Below are positions 26,093 to 36,063 of a stretch of 60,276 nucleotides of DNA, piece by piece (within the stretch, counting starts at the first letter, position 1; every line of letters begins with the position of its first letter). A program made the position numbers and the translations under genes. The notes under the pieces were generated by a model, which saw only the letters and a list, made by a program, of their open reading frames with translations, did no database searches and was not told the origin of the DNA. This DNA is from a virus. Lineage: Duplodnaviria > Caudoviricetes. The stretch spans positions 1 through 60,276 of IMG/VR virus record IMGVR_UViG_3300036859_000206; one strand, written 5' to 3'.

Positions 26093-27199
26093 TTAGGCGT
26101 TCGGGTCGACTGCGGCCGTGTCGAGCGAAACGACACCGAAGTCGGCGCTGTTGAACTGCACCTTTTTGTCGCCGCGGATGCACGACAGGCCGATGATGAG
26201 GCGGTTCTCCAGGTCGACCAGCTTCTCGACCCACTTCATGCGCAGGCCGTTGCCCGGCGAGCCGAATGCCGTGACGAGCGCCTGCCGCCCGAGAAACAGC
26301 GCGCGCGCGGCCTTGACGTTGCTGCCGGAGCCGTAGTCGCTGAACCGGATCACGCGCGGGTGGGCCTGCAAGACCGTGTTGCCGATCATGCCAAGACCGC
26401 CCTTGAAGATCGGGTTCTTCTGGCCTTCTGCCGCCGCCGCCGCCTTCTGGATTTCCATCCAGCCGGAGGTGCCGGCGTCGAGGCGGAGGTCGTACTCCTG
26501 GAACGTGTGCATGACGACCACGTAGCGCTCCTCGCCATCCCAGATCAGCGGGCGAATCTGCGGCGTGCCGCTGCCATCGCCGCCAAGTGTTGCGGCCTTG
26601 GTATTGGCCTTCTCGATGACCTGACGGGTCATCTTGCCGGAGCTCGTCAGCGTCGCCTTGGTCGTGCCGTCGCCGTAGATGATGTGGCCAGAGTCCGGCG
26701 CATTCAGTGCGTTGTTCGCGTAGCCGGTGAACCCGAGCGGGCAGATGAAGCCGGTGTTGATGCCGCGGGCGCCGGAGCCGTAGATGAAGTGGTACTCGTC
26801 ATCCAGGCGCATCCAGTAGTCGGCGGCGAGTTCCTTCGCGCGCATACGCAGATCGTGCAGCGTGCGCTTGCGGGTCATCGCGCCGCCGGTGTCGACCGAG
26901 TAGCGGACCTGATCGATGCTGATCGAGTCGGACTTGGTGTTGAGCGCCTCCTCGTTGCCCTCGCGCACGATGTCGCCGTAGGTCGGCTCACCGTTGAGCT
27001 GGAGGAAGAGATCGAAGTGGATCGTGTCGCCAGCGTCGTTTTCCAGTTCGGTGAGAACCTGGATCGGGGCCATGGCCTGTTTGCCCTTGGCCATCATGCG
27101 GGACGACCACCAGCCAGCGCGGGCGGTGTCGTAGAACAGCGCGGCGGACCAGCGCTTTACTGCTTTCGCGTCGTTGAGGCCGACGATCGTCGTTGCCAT
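26093..27199 (-). CDS. Major capsid protein (N4-gp56/DUF4043 type)
   Basis: AVKRWSAAL, ELENDAGDTI.FDL, EGNEEAL, IDQVR, NPIFKGGLG, ALFLGRQA, DFGVVSLD. Confidence 0.93.
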   Translation of the reverse strand: MATTIVGLNDAKAVKRWSAALFYDTARAGWWSSRMMAKGKQAMAPIQVLTELENDAGDTIHFDLFLQLNGEPTYGDIVREGNEEALNTKSDSISIDQVRYSVDTGGAMTRKRTLHDLRMRAKELAADYWMRLDDEYHFIYGSGARGINTGFICPLGFTGYANNALNAPDSGHIIYGDGTTKATLTSSGKMTRQVIEKANTKAATLGGDGSGTPQIRPLIWDGEERYVVVMHTFQEYDLRLDAGTSGWMEIQKAAAAAEGQKNPIFKGGLGMIGNTVLQAHPRVIRFSDYGSGSNVKAARALFLGRQALVTAFGSPGNGLRMKWVEKLVDLENRLIIGLSCIRGDKKVQFNSADFGVVSLDTAAVDPNA

Positions 27200-27228
27200 G
27201 AATGCGATCTCCGTGGAAACATGGGATC

Positions 27229-27266
27229 GGCACTCATGCGCCTGGGTGGGCAGCGCTTATGCGCTG
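27229..27266 (-). promoter_or_regulatory. Twin hairpins in the MCP leader (candidate protein-binding RNA sites)
   Basis: CAGCGC-AUAA-GCGCUG and GGCGC-AUGA-GUGCC. Confidence 0.5.
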
Positions 27267-27297
27267 GTGAAGCGGCCTTGCCCGCGGTCACGCGGTC

Positions 27298-27528
27298 TTA
27301 CGCGAAGACAGGGCGCCTGAAGAACCCCGCAGCCGGTTCCGGCTGTTTGACCTCTGGCGCCTTCATCATCGTCTCGCTGGGTGCGGAGTCTTGATCGATC
27401 TTCCGCACCCGTTGCGCGGATTTAACTCTGAGACGGGTTCGTTGTCCAGTCTTTTTCTCGACTGTGATCGTGGTGTGGTCGCCGATGCGAATCGACTCGT
27501 CCGGCGAAAGTTCGATGTAGAGGGCCAC
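27298..27528 (-). CDS. CsrA/RsmA-like small RNA-binding protein
   Basis: LYIELSPDESIRIGDHTTITVEKKTGQRTRLRV resembles CsrA [33 protein letters not shown]. Confidence 0.65.
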   Translation of the reverse strand: MALYIELSPDESIRIGDHTTITVEKKTGQRTRLRVKSAQRVRKIDQDSAPSETMMKAPEVKQPEPAAGFFRRPVFA

Positions 27529-27548
27529 AAATGCCGGTCTCAGCCGCC

Positions 27549-28610
27549 TCACTCTTCCATATCGCGGATGGTGGAATTTCCGCCCGGCGCGCGCTGGAGG
27601 TACTGGTTGATCTTCTGCTGTCCGGCATCGGTGCGCCCGAGACGGCCCATAAGGTCTTCGAGATCGGAGATGGGCATCTTATCCCACTCGTCAAACTCGG
27701 CGACGCCGGATTCGTTGCCGGCGGACGGAAGGCTGGCGACTGTCACGGGCGGGGTGTCCTTGTTCTGCTGTACTTCGCGGGCGGCGATGGCCGCTTTCTC
27801 TTTCGCGATGTCTTCGGCGGACTTGACCGGCGCTGCCGCGGCCGGCTTCGTGCGCCCGAGATCGGTATCGACCTTGGTCTTGGCCGCCGCCAGGATCTCG
27901 GCGAACCCCATCGCGCCATTCTCCTGCGCGGTCTGAAGCAACGCGGCCTCGAACGCCGCGCGCACGGTCTTGTTCGAGACGTAGAACTTGTTCTCTTCGG
28001 CCGCGAAGAATCGTTGCTGTTCGGAGAGCCACTGGCGATCCAGTTCGGCCGCGCTCTCGGACGCGCGCGCTTCCCGCGCAGCCTTGTCCGATTCGAAGCG
28101 CGACTGCTCGATCGTGATCTTGCGGCTCTCGTCGTTGTACGCCTTGGTCGCCTCGCGAGCGGCCTTCGAGTATTCGCTCTGCGTGATCTCGCCCTCCTCG
28201 TACTTGGCGTCCAGCTCGTTGATCTTCGTGTCGTACGCGGTCTGCGCGGTCGCTGCCTCCGTGTTGAAGTCGCGCGGCTTGGCCGGTTCGGCCTTCGGCG
28301 GCGGCGCTGGCTCCACGGCCTTGGCGGTCGCGGCAGCGAGGCGCTCGTTCGATTCCGCGAGACGCAGCATGGCGTCTGCGGTCTTGGCGCTCGTGTCCTC
28401 GTCGGCGACGACGGCCGCGGCATCCTTCGGGTCGACCTTTGGTGGTTCGTCCGCCTTGGGCGCGGCCTCGACGGACTTCGCTGGTTCCGGCGCATTGTCC
28501 GGATCGGCATCAAAGTGGCCGAGCTGTTCGAGCTCGCCGGCAGTCATGTCGATCGGCGCTGGATGCTTCTCGGTCGTGATAATCGGATCGGTGGTCGGGT
28601 TTTCGGCCAT
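27549..28610 (-). CDS. Capsid scaffolding protein
   Basis: Acidic, helical, between portal and MCP. Confidence 0.75.
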   Translation of the reverse strand: MAENPTTDPIITTEKHPAPIDMTAGELEQLGHFDADPDNAPEPAKSVEAAPKADEPPKVDPKDAAAVVADEDTSAKTADAMLRLAESNERLAAATAKAVEPAPPPKAEPAKPRDFNTEAATAQTAYDTKINELDAKYEEGEITQSEYSKAAREATKAYNDESRKITIEQSRFESDKAAREARASESAAELDRQWLSEQQRFFAAEENKFYVSNKTVRAAFEAALLQTAQENGAMGFAEILAAAKTKVDTDLGRTKPAAAAPVKSAEDIAKEKAAIAAREVQQNKDTPPVTVASLPSAGNESGVAEFDEWDKMPISDLEDLMGRLGRTDAGQQKINQYLQRAPGGNSTIRDMEE

Positions 28611-28613
28611 GGC

Positions 28614-28787
28614 TCAGTCCTTGGTTTTGTCGTCGCCGGCTACGGCGGCATGCGTTTCGCGCGAGAGTTTCACCGCTGCGGCGTATCTGGTCTTGTCCTT
28701 ACGGATTTCGGCTGCGCGCGCGAGGGTCCGCACGTCATCCTCGATCTGGTAGCGGTCCATGCCCTTGTCTTTGGCGGGGATCGTCAT
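28614..28787 (-). CDS. Hypothetical protein
   Basis: YQIEDDVRTLARAAEIRKDKTR motif. Confidence 0.6.
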   Translation of the reverse strand: MTIPAKDKGMDRYQIEDDVRTLARAAEIRKDKTRYAAAVKLSRETHAAVAGDDKTKD

Positions 28788-28798
28788 CGGTGCGTTTT

Positions 28799-28981
28799 TC
28801 ACGTTGTACCTCCAGAGAGGTTGGCGGTGGCGTCGCGATATTCGCGTACACGATCCGCGTAGTAACGAATCTTAGCGTCGTAGTCTGTATGCTGCGGCGG
28901 CTTCGGTTCAGGCAGAAACGGGAGCGCAAGGCCGCCCGTCGCGACGACCAACGCTAGCTCGAACACCTCTCGTCGGTTCAT
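28799..28981 (-). CDS. Small protein with twin-arginine-like N-terminus
   Basis: MNRREVF followed by a hydrophobic stretch; GGAGG RBS. Confidence 0.55.
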   Translation of the reverse strand: MNRREVFELALVVATGGLALPFLPEPKPPQHTDYDAKIRYYADRVREYRDATANLSGGTT

Positions 28982-31215
28982 GGCCCCTCCTCCGGCGGCT
29001 GCTGCGCCAGCGCTGGCGGCGAGTTGTACGTCTGCGGCGGCTGCGGGCGCGCGAACAGCATGTCGGCCGTGGGCGCCAGCGGAATCGCGTTGTGGATCGT
29101 GCCAGCGAGATTGAATGCGAGCTGCTTGGCGTCGAGCGTGTGCTCGTGCTCCTTGGCCAAGAACTCCGCCGCGCGCGCCTTCGCCAGATCAGCATCGGCC
29201 GCGAGCTTCGCGTCATGCAAATCCTTGGTCTTCTGCGCTTCGGCCTGCTGCGCCTGCTGCGCGGCCTGCTGCTGAGCGGCGGCCTGCGGATCGTTCTCGG
29301 CCGCAGCGCCGTTGAGGCGACGGATGCGCGCGATGAGCTCGTCCTTCTTCGGAAGGTCGGTCAGGTCGATCGCGAGATCGAGCAATTGGATCTGGACTTC
29401 CGGCGGCAACGTGCGGATGGTCTCGAGGAGCATCTCGGCCATCGCCATCCGCATCGTCTCGCGGTAGTCCTGCTGATCGACAACGAAATCGGCCTCGCTC
29501 TCGGTGACGTCGTTGACGAACGTGATCTGGCCGGTGTCAGGGTCGATCTGCGGCTTGTTGATCGAGAGGAATACGAGCTGGCCCTTTTCCGCGCCTTCGA
29601 TTCGAATCGTCATAGGGAGCGTGAGGTACTGCTCGGTGTTCGATAGCGTCTTCTGGCCCGAGAGCTTGATCGACAGCCGGTACAGGTCGAACACCTCTGC
29701 GGTGCCGACCGCGCCCTGCTGCTGCTTGGCGAGGATCGCGCGTCCGGAGATCGCGTTCGAGTTGAGCCCCTGGTTGTCGCGCGTAACCCCGGAACCTTCG
29801 TTGATGTGGATCTTCGCCTCGTTCATCAGCTGCACATGTGCGAGGCTGACGTCGAGGTTGTTCTCCCACATGATGCGCTTGTCTTTCAGCGCCCCGGTCG
29901 CGACCGGGATGATCCCGTTCGGCCGGTTGACCTGATCCTCGAAGACATCCTGATCGTCCTCGTCGACCGCGCCGTTCTCGACCCAGACCTTGTTCGCGGA
30001 GGCGGCTAGCAGCGCCTTCGAGCGGCGGACGTTGTACTCCTCCTGCGGATCGCGCAGGCCGCGCACGTAGCCATATGGCTGCCCGTCGCGATGACGACGG
30101 AACGCCCAGACCGGCGTGAACGGGAACCGCTTGTGCTTGTACGGCGACTTCTTCAGCGAGCAGAGAAATCCTGGGTGAAACACCGCCATCCACATCTGGT
30201 CGGCCACCGCGTCAATTAGCCCGATCTTATCGGTCTTGACCAGCGCGGCCAGCACCGGATCGCCCTCGACGTACGCGGTATGGTTGAGCTCCGTGTACTC
30301 CTCGGTCAGCGCCATGATCTTCTTGCTGGCGACCGGGCGGCGGAACCAGATTTCGCACAGGCGCACGCGGTAGCGCGAGCCGCGGCGCCACAGGCCAGAG
30401 CTCGAATATCGGATGATCGACGCGCTCTCATCGTTACCGCGGTTCGAACCCCAGAGCACGGACGGGATGTCCCAGCCGTCCTCGTCGCCAAACTCCCACT
30501 CGGGCTCGGTATAGCCGGCGGCAGCACGACGCAGTTCGTCGGCGCGCTCCGGGTACATCGCGATGGCGTATTCGAAGTCGACCCAGCGGTGGCGTACGAG
30601 GTACCGGCAGTCGGTGAGATCGTTGGCCCGCGAATACGGGTCCATGTGGATCTCTTTCCAGTCCTGGTGCCGATACCCGATCGGCAGATCCTCGCCATCG
30701 GTGCGCGCGTACTCCTCCAGCCAGCCGAGCCCAGAGATCACGGCATCCTTGAACGCCTGCGAGCGGTGCCAACCGGAGTTGGTGACGTCAGAGACGAATT
30801 TCATCAGGTCTGTCTTGATCTCCGCGAGCTTGGTGTCCTCCTCACCGCGCGGCAGGATGCGCCAGTCGATGCGCGTGCGCCGCTCCGTGCCGGTGATCCA
30901 GTCGACGACCGGGCGGATCAGGTTGAACACCAACGGGGCCTGCCCGCGCTCCATCAGGGTCGCGCGCTTCTCGGTGTCCCATTGGTCTGAATCGTAGAAG
31001 TCGTGGTCGATGTAGCGCTCGCGGCGGTTCATCGCTTCGAGATCGCGCGCCTCGCGCCACCACTCTTCGAGCCGGCGCAGGAGCTTGATGTTGTCTTCGC
31101 TGTCGAGGTTGATCCGCTTCGGTGCAGCGCGCAGGACTGGCAGCGGCGGTCCACCGATCCGGCCGCTCGACTCGCCGGCTCTCGTGGTGCGGATGTTGTC
31201 GAAGACGGCGGCCAC
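28978..31215 (-). CDS. Portal protein (P22-like)
   Basis: DFYDSDQW...RGQAPLVFNLI.P.VDWITGTE, FPFTPVW, PYGYVRGLRDPQ, ISGRAILAKQQQG; GTG start overlapping upstream TAG. Confidence 0.93.
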   Translation of the reverse strand: MAAVFDNIRTTRAGESSGRIGGPPLPVLRAAPKRINLDSEDNIKLLRRLEEWWREARDLEAMNRRERYIDHDFYDSDQWDTEKRATLMERGQAPLVFNLIRPVVDWITGTERRTRIDWRILPRGEEDTKLAEIKTDLMKFVSDVTNSGWHRSQAFKDAVISGLGWLEEYARTDGEDLPIGYRHQDWKEIHMDPYSRANDLTDCRYLVRHRWVDFEYAIAMYPERADELRRAAAGYTEPEWEFGDEDGWDIPSVLWGSNRGNDESASIIRYSSSGLWRRGSRYRVRLCEIWFRRPVASKKIMALTEEYTELNHTAYVEGDPVLAALVKTDKIGLIDAVADQMWMAVFHPGFLCSLKKSPYKHKRFPFTPVWAFRRHRDGQPYGYVRGLRDPQEEYNVRRSKALLAASANKVWVENGAVDEDDQDVFEDQVNRPNGIIPVATGALKDKRIMWENNLDVSLAHVQLMNEAKIHINEGSGVTRDNQGLNSNAISGRAILAKQQQGAVGTAEVFDLYRLSIKLSGQKTLSNTEQYLTLPMTIRIEGAEKGQLVFLSINKPQIDPDTGQITFVNDVTESEADFVVDQQDYRETMRMAMAEMLLETIRTLPPEVQIQLLDLAIDLTDLPKKDELIARIRRLNGAAAENDPQAAAQQQAAQQAQQAEAQKTKDLHDAKLAADADLAKARAAEFLAKEHEHTLDAKQLAFNLAGTIHNAIPLAPTADMLFARPQPPQTYNSPPALAQQPPEEGP

Positions 31216-31409
31216 TAGTCGGCAGCCTTGGCACGCTCGCGGCGGAGTGCCGCTGTCGACCGTTTGTTGCGGGCCGCCTTGAACTGCACGCGGCCCTTGT
31301 AGACGCGGAAATCCATGCTGTGCACGAGACCACAATCGCAGCACGCCATCTTGTAGCCACACTTCACCGGCTGCACCCACTCGCCTTCTGCTGGCCGTGT
31401 GTACCGCAT
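31215..31409 (-). CDS. Small Zn-binding phage protein (ACCDCGLVH)
   Basis: EWVQP...YKMACCDCGLVH.MDFR motif. Confidence 0.7.
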   Translation of the reverse strand: MRYTRPAEGEWVQPVKCGYKMACCDCGLVHSMDFRVYKGRVQFKAARNKRSTAALRRERAKAAD

Positions 31410-31888
31410 CAGTTGATCGCCTCGCCGTTGTACCGCAGCGTGAATCCGTCGCGCGCCACGGCCTCGAGCCATGCCTGGCCGTCGACTTCGGTCGGAGGCA
31501 TCGCTTTCACCAGATCGTCGGCGAAATCGAACATCGCGTCGATGACCTTGAAGGTGTCGCCCCTGCTCGGCGTCGCGTTTGCCGGATAGCCGTACAGGAT
31601 CACCGCCATCTGGCTCGCGATCTGGTTGAACGACTTGTGTTCCAGGATGCGCCACACGTCCTCCAGCCCGTAGAACACCTTGCGCTTGGTGTTGTTCTTA
31701 TGGCAGATCATCAGGCATGGGCGCTTGCCGCGGTCCTGGCCCAAATCAGCCTCGGTCAGCGTGACGATCAGATCGCCCTTATGCCCGATTCGCTTGCTCA
31801 GCGTGTTCTCGCGGAACAGCTTCGCGGTATTTTCGCCCGCCGCAGCTGACTTCGGCGCGATAGGCGTGCGTTTCGGAATGGCGGTCAT
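31409..31888 (-). CDS. Hypothetical protein between terminase and portal
   Basis: Coupled ORF, high GC3. Confidence 0.7.
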   Translation of the reverse strand: MTAIPKRTPIAPKSAAAGENTAKLFRENTLSKRIGHKGDLIVTLTEADLGQDRGKRPCLMICHKNNTKRKVFYGLEDVWRILEHKSFNQIASQMAVILYGYPANATPSRGDTFKVIDAMFDFADDLVKAMPPTEVDGQAWLEAVARDGFTLRYNGEAIN

Positions 31889-32106
31889 GGCGAGGTCGGC
31901 GCGCTGTAATCGATGAACTGTTCGGGCGCCGGCTCGGCCATCTCGAACGTGGGCGGCTTGCCGGCCGCAGCGGATCGCCCGCATGACGCACAGAACATCG
32001 GCGGCGCCTCGTGACCTGACCAAGTCGGCGGTGCCATCACGTCCCCGCCGCATGAGCCGCACAGGCCCATCATCACCATGTCCATCGGAGCCGGTGTGCG
32101 TCTCAT
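31885..32106 (-). CDS. Small Zn-ribbon protein
   Basis: CGSCGG...CASCG. Confidence 0.55.
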   Translation of the reverse strand: MRRTPAPMDMVMMGLCGSCGGDVMAPPTWSGHEAPPMFCASCGRSAAAGKPPTFEMAEPAPEQFIDYSAPTSP

Positions 32107-33746
32107 CAAGCCGTCCTCCAGTCGCCTCGCGCGAGTCGTCGCGATCTTACCCCATCTTTGGCGCCGGGGCGAAACTTGGAGCTGCGGTAGCCTTGCGCAC
32201 ACTGACGAAACGCGTCGGCCCCGTGGTTGGCCCACGTTTTCAGCGGCCGATCCGACCACGACTCGGTACGCTCGTTGTACTCCTTGCGGTAGCACTTGAG
32301 CGCGTTGATGAGCCCGTCGCCTTCGCCGGGCTTGGTCTCGCCGCACTTCGTCTTGTCGAACCGGCTGCGGTTGAGGAGCTGCCGAACCATTTCTATGCCG
32401 TCCGACAGTTCTCCGATCTTTGCGACCTCGACCAAGCGCCGAGCGCCGAGCGCCTCCAAAACCTGGGTGCGCGTCATGTTCTCGCTCTGCGTCCACTCGT
32501 GAACTTTGGCGTCGTGCGGGACGTGATGCTTGCCGTAGATGTAGCCGCGTTCCGCCATCACGCGCGCGTAATGCGCGGCGTTCTCGCCCGATGCCTCGTA
32601 GTAGTCGATCCAGTTGTAGAAGCCGTCGTACTCCTGCATGAAGCAGATCGCGGTCGCGTCGTCGCGCCCGATGTCCCAGAACGTGTGGACCGGCAGATTC
32701 TCGTTGTAGACGAGGTTGCAGACGCGGCCCTGCGATTCAGCCTTCGCCATCTCCTTCGCGTAGTACGCGCCTTCGACGGCTACCTTGAACGGTTCCTCCG
32801 GCGTCGACGGGAACTGGCTGAACATGGCATCGCCTTGCTCTTCCAGCTTCTTCACGTACCACGCGCGCTGCTCCGGCGAGAGCTTGCATCCCATCTCGTG
32901 CTCGACGCTCGCGAAATATTTCTCCATCTCCGGCGTGATGATGATGCCGGTCGGATCGGTCGAATACTTCGAGTCGATCCACCACGGCAGGAAGTGGAAC
33001 CGATAGTCCATCATCGTGAGCTTCTCGGTCCCAGCCGCGATCATGCGATGGAGGCGCAGCGCCTTCTGGCAGCGCATGTAGAAATCGCCGCCGGGGCCTT
33101 CCGCCGTTGACTCGATGATGACCATGTTGCCGGGCGCGATCTTGATGGTGTTAAGCGCACCGCGTTTAACTTCCTCAGCGCGAACTGGATCGCGTGCGCA
33201 AATCTTGCCGTACTCTGAAATGTGCAAAAACTGCAAAGTCGAGCCCACATGTGAAACGGCAACTTCGATCTTCGAGTCATTCTGAAAAACGAGGATTCCG
33301 CCCTCGCTGAAATCGCGCCGCTTGATCGCAATTCCTGGCGCGCACTCGGTCAGCCAATCAGGAAGGTTCTCATGCGCGAACATGATCTTCTCGCGCACGA
33401 ACTTCGCTGCGTTCTGTTTCGAGTCAGCGACGATGCCGCAGTTGACGCCCTTGCGGAATAGCGCCGTGTCCAGTGCGAGGATGCACGCGTAAGTGCTGAT
33501 CCCCTCCTGCCGCGCCTTCTCCACCAGATTCAGGTTGTGGAGATTCTTGTGTAGCTCGGCTTGCGCGACGTTGAACTTGAAGGTGACGACGATGCCATCG
33601 GCGTCGCGGATCTTGTACAGATTGTTCAACCGCCAGTCGCGACTCTTGAGGTTTTGCAGGAACCCACGCAACTTCGCCAATTCAGCCTTCGTCGGCTGCT
33701 CGTGCTTGAGCGCCATTCGCTCCTCGGTAGCGCGCTGCATTTCCAT
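32106..33746 (-). CDS. terL: Terminase large subunit
   Basis: WRLNNLYKI, KARQEGIST (Walker A), LHISEYG (Walker B), IESTAEG, WDIG.DD, HGADAFR. Confidence 0.96.
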   Translation of the reverse strand: MEMQRATEERMALKHEQPTKAELAKLRGFLQNLKSRDWRLNNLYKIRDADGIVVTFKFNVAQAELHKNLHNLNLVEKARQEGISTYACILALDTALFRKGVNCGIVADSKQNAAKFVREKIMFAHENLPDWLTECAPGIAIKRRDFSEGGILVFQNDSKIEVAVSHVGSTLQFLHISEYGKICARDPVRAEEVKRGALNTIKIAPGNMVIIESTAEGPGGDFYMRCQKALRLHRMIAAGTEKLTMMDYRFHFLPWWIDSKYSTDPTGIIITPEMEKYFASVEHEMGCKLSPEQRAWYVKKLEEQGDAMFSQFPSTPEEPFKVAVEGAYYAKEMAKAESQGRVCNLVYNENLPVHTFWDIGRDDATAICFMQEYDGFYNWIDYYEASGENAAHYARVMAERGYIYGKHHVPHDAKVHEWTQSENMTRTQVLEALGARRLVEVAKIGELSDGIEMVRQLLNRSRFDKTKCGETKPGEGDGLINALKCYRKEYNERTESWSDRPLKTWANHGADAFRQCAQGYRSSKFRPGAKDGVRSRRLARGDWRTA

Positions 33747-33749
33747 GGA

Positions 33750-34262
33750 TCAATGCTTCTTGGCAGCCGCATCGCCCCCGGACTTGTGAATGTCGTCCAT
33801 CACCTCGCCGATCAGGTCGCGGAAGGCGCCACCAAGCAGCGGACGGTCCTTGCTGCCCTCGACCACGACAGGAGGCCGTGCCATCCCGCCAAGCCGTTCG
33901 AGGAAGAACGTCAGGGCCGCGTCCTGCTTCGGGTTATTGTCGTCCAGCGCGATGCGCGCCTTCTTCGAGCGCATGATGAGCAGCAGTTCGTCCTTGGCGT
34001 GCGCGAGCTCGTCGGCGTAGACCTTCTCCAGCGTCTTGCGCGTGATCCCAAGCGCTTTGGCGATCCGGTCACGCGGCACGTCGCAGGCTTCGGCCACCGA
34101 AACGATGTCGCGGTGCGCCTGAGTCGGCTTGTGCGCCTCACCATCGCCCACGCGAGGAATGCGGCACGAGTCGATCGGTTTCTCGACGTGTTGCTGCGTC
34201 GGCGAGCGCGAGAGCAGTTCGCGGAGTTGTTCGTGGTCGATGCCGGATTTTTGCTTCGTCAT
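33750..34262 (-). CDS. terS: Terminase small subunit
   Basis: Directly upstream of terL; HTH IAKALGITRKTLEKVYADEL; AALTFFL. Confidence 0.8.
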   Translation of the reverse strand: MTKQKSGIDHEQLRELLSRSPTQQHVEKPIDSCRIPRVGDGEAHKPTQAHRDIVSVAEACDVPRDRIAKALGITRKTLEKVYADELAHAKDELLLIMRSKKARIALDDNNPKQDAALTFFLERLGGMARPPVVVEGSKDRPLLGGAFRDLIGEVMDDIHKSGGDAAAKKH

Positions 34263-34618
34263 CGCATTGCCTCCTCAAGCCGACACACGCCACCGCAGAG
34301 CGGCAGCGCTCGGTTGTCTATCGCCCATTCGCGCCCATCGATTGTTGCGACTGCGAAAGAGTGAACGCGACCGCCATGCAAATCGGACAGCCGCAGCGTA
34401 ACAATGCGGCTACGAATACCTCTCGCGCTGAGCTGGCCCACAATGGCAGCCGCATAGCCGGAACAGCTTGGGTCTGCGCTGTGCGCCTGGAGTAGCGCGG
34501 GCGGGCGGTCGTCGATGACGATGCGGCAGAGTGAGCTGGCATAGCAGCGCTCCTGCTCGGTAGCGAGTTCGGCGGCCGTGGGCGGGTCGAACAGAGCGAG
34601 GACTGCGGCGAGGATCAT
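34259..34618 (-). CDS. Transglutaminase-like cysteine peptidase (BTLCP/C93-like)
   Basis: CSGYA...L..RG...HSFAV...WAIDNR, a Cys-His-Asp triad; hydrophobic N-terminus. Confidence 0.65.
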   Translation of the reverse strand: MILAAVLALFDPPTAAELATEQERCYASSLCRIVIDDRPPALLQAHSADPSCSGYAAAIVGQLSARGIRSRIVTLRLSDLHGGRVHSFAVATIDGREWAIDNRALPLCGGVCRLEEAMR

Positions 34619-35406
34619 GGCAGCACCACGAACTGCCCGAGAAACGCCCGAGCCGCAGGCGTGCCCAGCTGTTGCAGCGTCGTGTGGTCCGAGCAATGCT
34701 CGTCCACGCTGACGATCACACCAACGACCGTGTTGCCATCCAGTACCGGGCCACCACTGTCCTGCCAGCAGGCGTTGCTCGCACCGCTGACCCGAATCTC
34801 CTCGCCGCGACCTGAACGGTAGTGCGCTGTGCCTGCCTGCCTGACCTTGGCGTAGACGTTGGGGTCCTCGCGATACTCAGTGACCCCGTAACCAACCAGC
34901 GTCAGCGTAGGACCGCTAGTGAGCGCTGCGTACTGATTGAGGCGCGGCAGTTCGGGGTACGTGATGCGCCATGTTTGCGGCATCTGCCTATGCGGGAACG
35001 CACCCACGTCGACCACAATCGCGGCAAGGTCCAGGCCACTGGCTGGGTAGAGCGTTGCGTTAGCCCGGCGCGGTATCGCATCTGTTATCACCGGCTCGAA
35101 TGTGACCGTCACCCGCTCGATGCCACCGGACCACGAGCAGTGCGCGGCGCTCGCCATGACGTTACGCGATACCAACACAGCCGAGCAACGGGCGTACATG
35201 TGGCCGGTGTTGCCCGGTGCGACGACGGCACCAACAAGAGAATGCGCGTTGCCGTCGGGGTAGCCGTGCGTAATCTTTGACTCGCAACCGGACGGGATGC
35301 CTGTCGAGCAGCCGATGGATTCCGCACGCACCGCTCCAGCGACAGCCAGTGCACTTAGGAACAGGAACAATTGTAGATGATGCCCACCTGGATACCGATC
35401 AGACAT
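34615..35406 (-). CDS. Secreted trypsin-like (S1) serine protease
   Basis: CSAVLV...SAAHC, DLAAI, LVGYG, ACWQDSGGP; signal-peptide-like N-terminus; start may lie upstream (35529). Confidence 0.88.
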   Translation of the reverse strand: MSDRYPGGHHLQLFLFLSALAVAGAVRAESIGCSTGIPSGCESKITHGYPDGNAHSLVGAVVAPGNTGHMYARCSAVLVSRNVMASAAHCSWSGGIERVTVTFEPVITDAIPRRANATLYPASGLDLAAIVVDVGAFPHRQMPQTWRITYPELPRLNQYAALTSGPTLTLVGYGVTEYREDPNVYAKVRQAGTAHYRSGRGEEIRVSGASNACWQDSGGPVLDGNTVVGVIVSVDEHCSDHTTLQQLGTPAARAFLGQFVVLP

Positions 35407-35507
35407 GTGCTTGGACAATGGCTTACGCAGCTGCCTGTACAGATAGATACAGACGCCCATGAGAAATAGTCCGGCGAGGACGAGAAGCGAGATGGCAAGT
35501 AGGCGGA

Positions 35508-36044
35508 TCAATGCAGCGTCCCCAACCACTGTGCCGCGCAGGCTGCCTCACCAGCTACGCTGTAGTGCACGCCGTCCGTCGTCATCGTGTTACCGTCATC
35601 CGATCCCTTAAGCCATACGCGCTCATCGGGGCCCGAGCGCAGGAACGAGCGTCCCGCGATCAGCATGTCGATCCATCCCACGAACTCGTCGGCCTTGGCG
35701 TCGTAACCGCGCTTCCACGGCCGCATCAAGTACAGGGTCGCCTGCGGCCACTTCGAATGGATGGCGTCCAGCATCGTGCCCATGTCCGCAACCCACTGCA
35801 CTTGTGTGGCCGATACGAAGTCATTAACTCCGATATTGATTAGAACTACGCCATGGTAGTCCGGTTGCGCCGCGAGCTTGGCGCCGATATTCGCAGCCCA
35901 GTAGCTCGCACCACTTGCGGCCGCACCGATGTTGTCCGAGCGCCACGTCGCAACGCCGGCGTCCGCCGCATTGAGGTCGGCGGTCAGCGTCGCGGGCCAG
36001 GTATTGCCGGCCGTGTAGGTTTTGCTGTCGCCTATCTCAAGCAT
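35508..36044 (-). CDS. SGNH/GDSL hydrolase
   Basis: IGDS, SG, NIGVND, DGVH blocks. Confidence 0.88.
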   Translation of the reverse strand: MLEIGDSKTYTAGNTWPATLTADLNAADAGVATWRSDNIGAAASGASYWAANIGAKLAAQPDYHGVVLINIGVNDFVSATQVQWVADMGTMLDAIHSKWPQATLYLMRPWKRGYDAKADEFVGWIDMLIAGRSFLRSGPDERVWLKGSDDGNTMTTDGVHYSVAGEAACAAQWLGTLH

Positions 36045-36063
36045 CGCGATTCCAATGGTCGGA

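Noticed and set aside
26078-28862. Long plus-strand ORFs (438 aa, 443 aa) and similar antisense ORFs elsewhere
   Set aside because: Shadows of high-GC3 minus-strand genes (MCP, scaffold, portal, terL); no RBS or motifs.
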